The translations under genes and the position numbers were made by a program. A stretch of 63,249 nucleotides of DNA, counting the filler, from Phoronis australis (taxonomy: Eukaryota > Animalia > Phoronida), in assembly GCA_002633005.1 (NCBI GenBank). It is 5 parts of 5 records of this genome, joined end to end, with 100 filler letters (N's around TTAATTAATTAA, not from the genome) between each part and the next. Parts side by side here need not be neighbours in the genome. Positions count along the whole stretch, not along the records: positions 58,950 to 63,249 come from NMRA01002629.1; 4 more parts are not named here. One strand, given 5' to 3'. A model generated the notes under the pieces. The model saw only the letters and a list, made by a program, of their open reading frames with translations. It was not told the DNA's origin and did no database searches. Positions 61,401-63,249 of this stretch are shown piece after piece (positions within the stretch are counted from its first letter, which is position 1; every line of letters begins with the position of its first letter).

Positions 61401-63249
61401 AATGTACCGTCAGGCAGGAACCTCACTCACCTCAGAGGAAAGGTGTCTGCGCCTTCTGATAGGGAAATTCCCATCCCCCCCCTCCCCGTGAATAGTCACC
61501 TCATAATGACACAAACACAGTGTTTAGCTCATGAAACCCATTTTAAAACTCACACTACACTTTGGCCAAAAATAACAACGTTCCAAAAATAAAATCGTGG
61601 TTATTTGTAAATGCACAGACACATATTCACTCGTTAATTATTCCAACAATTTTTGATCTCGCAGATCTACAGTCTTCAGTGTACTGTTGCATCGAAAAAT
61701 GTCACTCCAAGGCGATGCGTATTTTTACCAAAGGTAACATCAAAAACGGATACTTTCCCCACTTAACAACCATGCCCATCCTCGGCATCTCAGAGATAAA
61801 ATTCCCGTGTAACTAAACAATCAACCTATAACTAATTTATCAAAGGATTCACCTACTCAAACGGATTATCTTTAAAACAATCAACAAATTCACATTTAAT
61901 ACATCCATTGACTAATCATCCACAACAGATTCACATACTCAACGGGATCAGATTTACAAATAAAAAAATGGCATTTAACACAGAAAAATCTCCCCAGTTT
62001 TGGACAAAACTGCAAATTGACATTTTTTTATTTTTCAAGCGCTTTAGCTTCCAGCACTGCTGTGAATGCATATACTGCTTCCAAATATTGTCTCATGGCA
62101 AAAATATGACCTACAAGTTGAACATGGTAAAGCGTTAAAATTTGCTGCTGCAAATCAGAAAATCAAATTTGACTTGTTTGCCATATTGTTCATTAAATTG
62201 AGATATTTTATATTTGTACTTCAATAAATTGAGAAAAACCCTCAAAGATCCGATGGTGACATCTTGTGGAACTTCTGACCTCTAATCAACCCTCGCACTT
62301 GTGTGGAAGTCCAACAGTCAGTCACATTCAAAGTACCCCTTCAAAGACTTTCAGATATCCTTTCTTAATTTCTTTAAACCAACAGAAAAGCAGTATCTAA
62401 ACATAACAAATACCTCAGTCACCTGGGCATTTATTTGGAAGAGAAGTTGTTTTAAATTTTGCTATTTACCATGTCTGACAGCTATGCAATCGTTGTATAA
62501 TCAAAAGTCAATGACCCAGACTGAACTGGTATTAACAAAACTCAACCTAGCCAGATATCAACAGATAGAATAGAATGGTAGTATCACCTAAACATTGTTC
62601 AACAATGTTTTTGATCTGATAAAACAATGGACCTCTTGTCATGTTTTGCAAATTTAGGATATAAAATGAATGTATGTCGGAGAACTGGAGAAGTGAAATT
62701 TATTGTCTTTTTCTTAAAAGACATATGGCACCAAACGAACTTTTAATTATTTCAACTTGAAAACTACCACATCATGAGACAGTGTTTTGTGTGGGTGTAG
62801 ACATACGTCCACAACAATGTTGGAAACCTTTCCAATCACACGATAAATACTTTCCTCAAAAATTGATCTGATTTTAAAAGATTTTACTATACTTGCTTCT
62901 CATCCACCCTTTATCTGCTGTGAATGCGAGAGGTCAAAGGTCATGATGTGCTGAACAACCTATCAAACACTTGTAAGAACATCAACAATCAGTAGTACTC
63001 TACACTCAAGACAAAATTAATGACACAACTGCAATATGTTCTCCCTTGCAAAACTGAATGCCTTTGCAACTGAATGCCGTATATAATCAATATTTCACAA
63101 CTGGAGACAAAAACAGTAGTGACAACGGCTGGCTTTAAGTGTTTGTTAAATGTACAAGACTATTTTCCAGGCAGACATAACGCTAAACCCTCGTGAGAGA
63201 CCGCCCCGAGATGGATGCTGGAGCAACTCGGGGCGGTCTGGGATCAAGC

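Noticed and set aside
58950-63190. Coding exons in the last contig
   Set aside because: Only short ORFs, with no recognisable protein or consistent exon chain; it looks like UTR, intron or intergenic DNA.

Overview
This is intron-rich, AT-rich eukaryotic DNA, probably from a marine invertebrate (inferred from the gene and repeat content). It is a draft scaffold with N gaps, four of which carry an artificial TTAATTAATTAA linker. Four spliced genes can be rebuilt by hand. (1) A steryl-sulfatase/arylsulfatase-family gene on + (about 4830-16656) with a long acidic N-terminal region. (2) A 5-aminolevulinate synthase gene, ALAS, on + (19325-28282; 10 coding exons; the first coding intron is GC-AG). 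(3) A convergent UBE2N/Ubc13 gene on - (35993-42153), whose first exon was not found and whose last exon appears twice across a gap. (4) The 5' part of an unidentified Ser/Pro-rich then helical protein gene on + (47483 to at least 54331). Introns and intergenic DNA contain many non-autonomous DNA transposons. These include two TTAA-flanked Kolobok-like elements (one with a THAP remnant), a PIF/Harbinger-like MITE and several foldbacks, plus tRNA-like repeats and minisatellites. No CRISPR array, rRNA gene or intact tRNA gene was seen. All calls are by eye; no database search was run.
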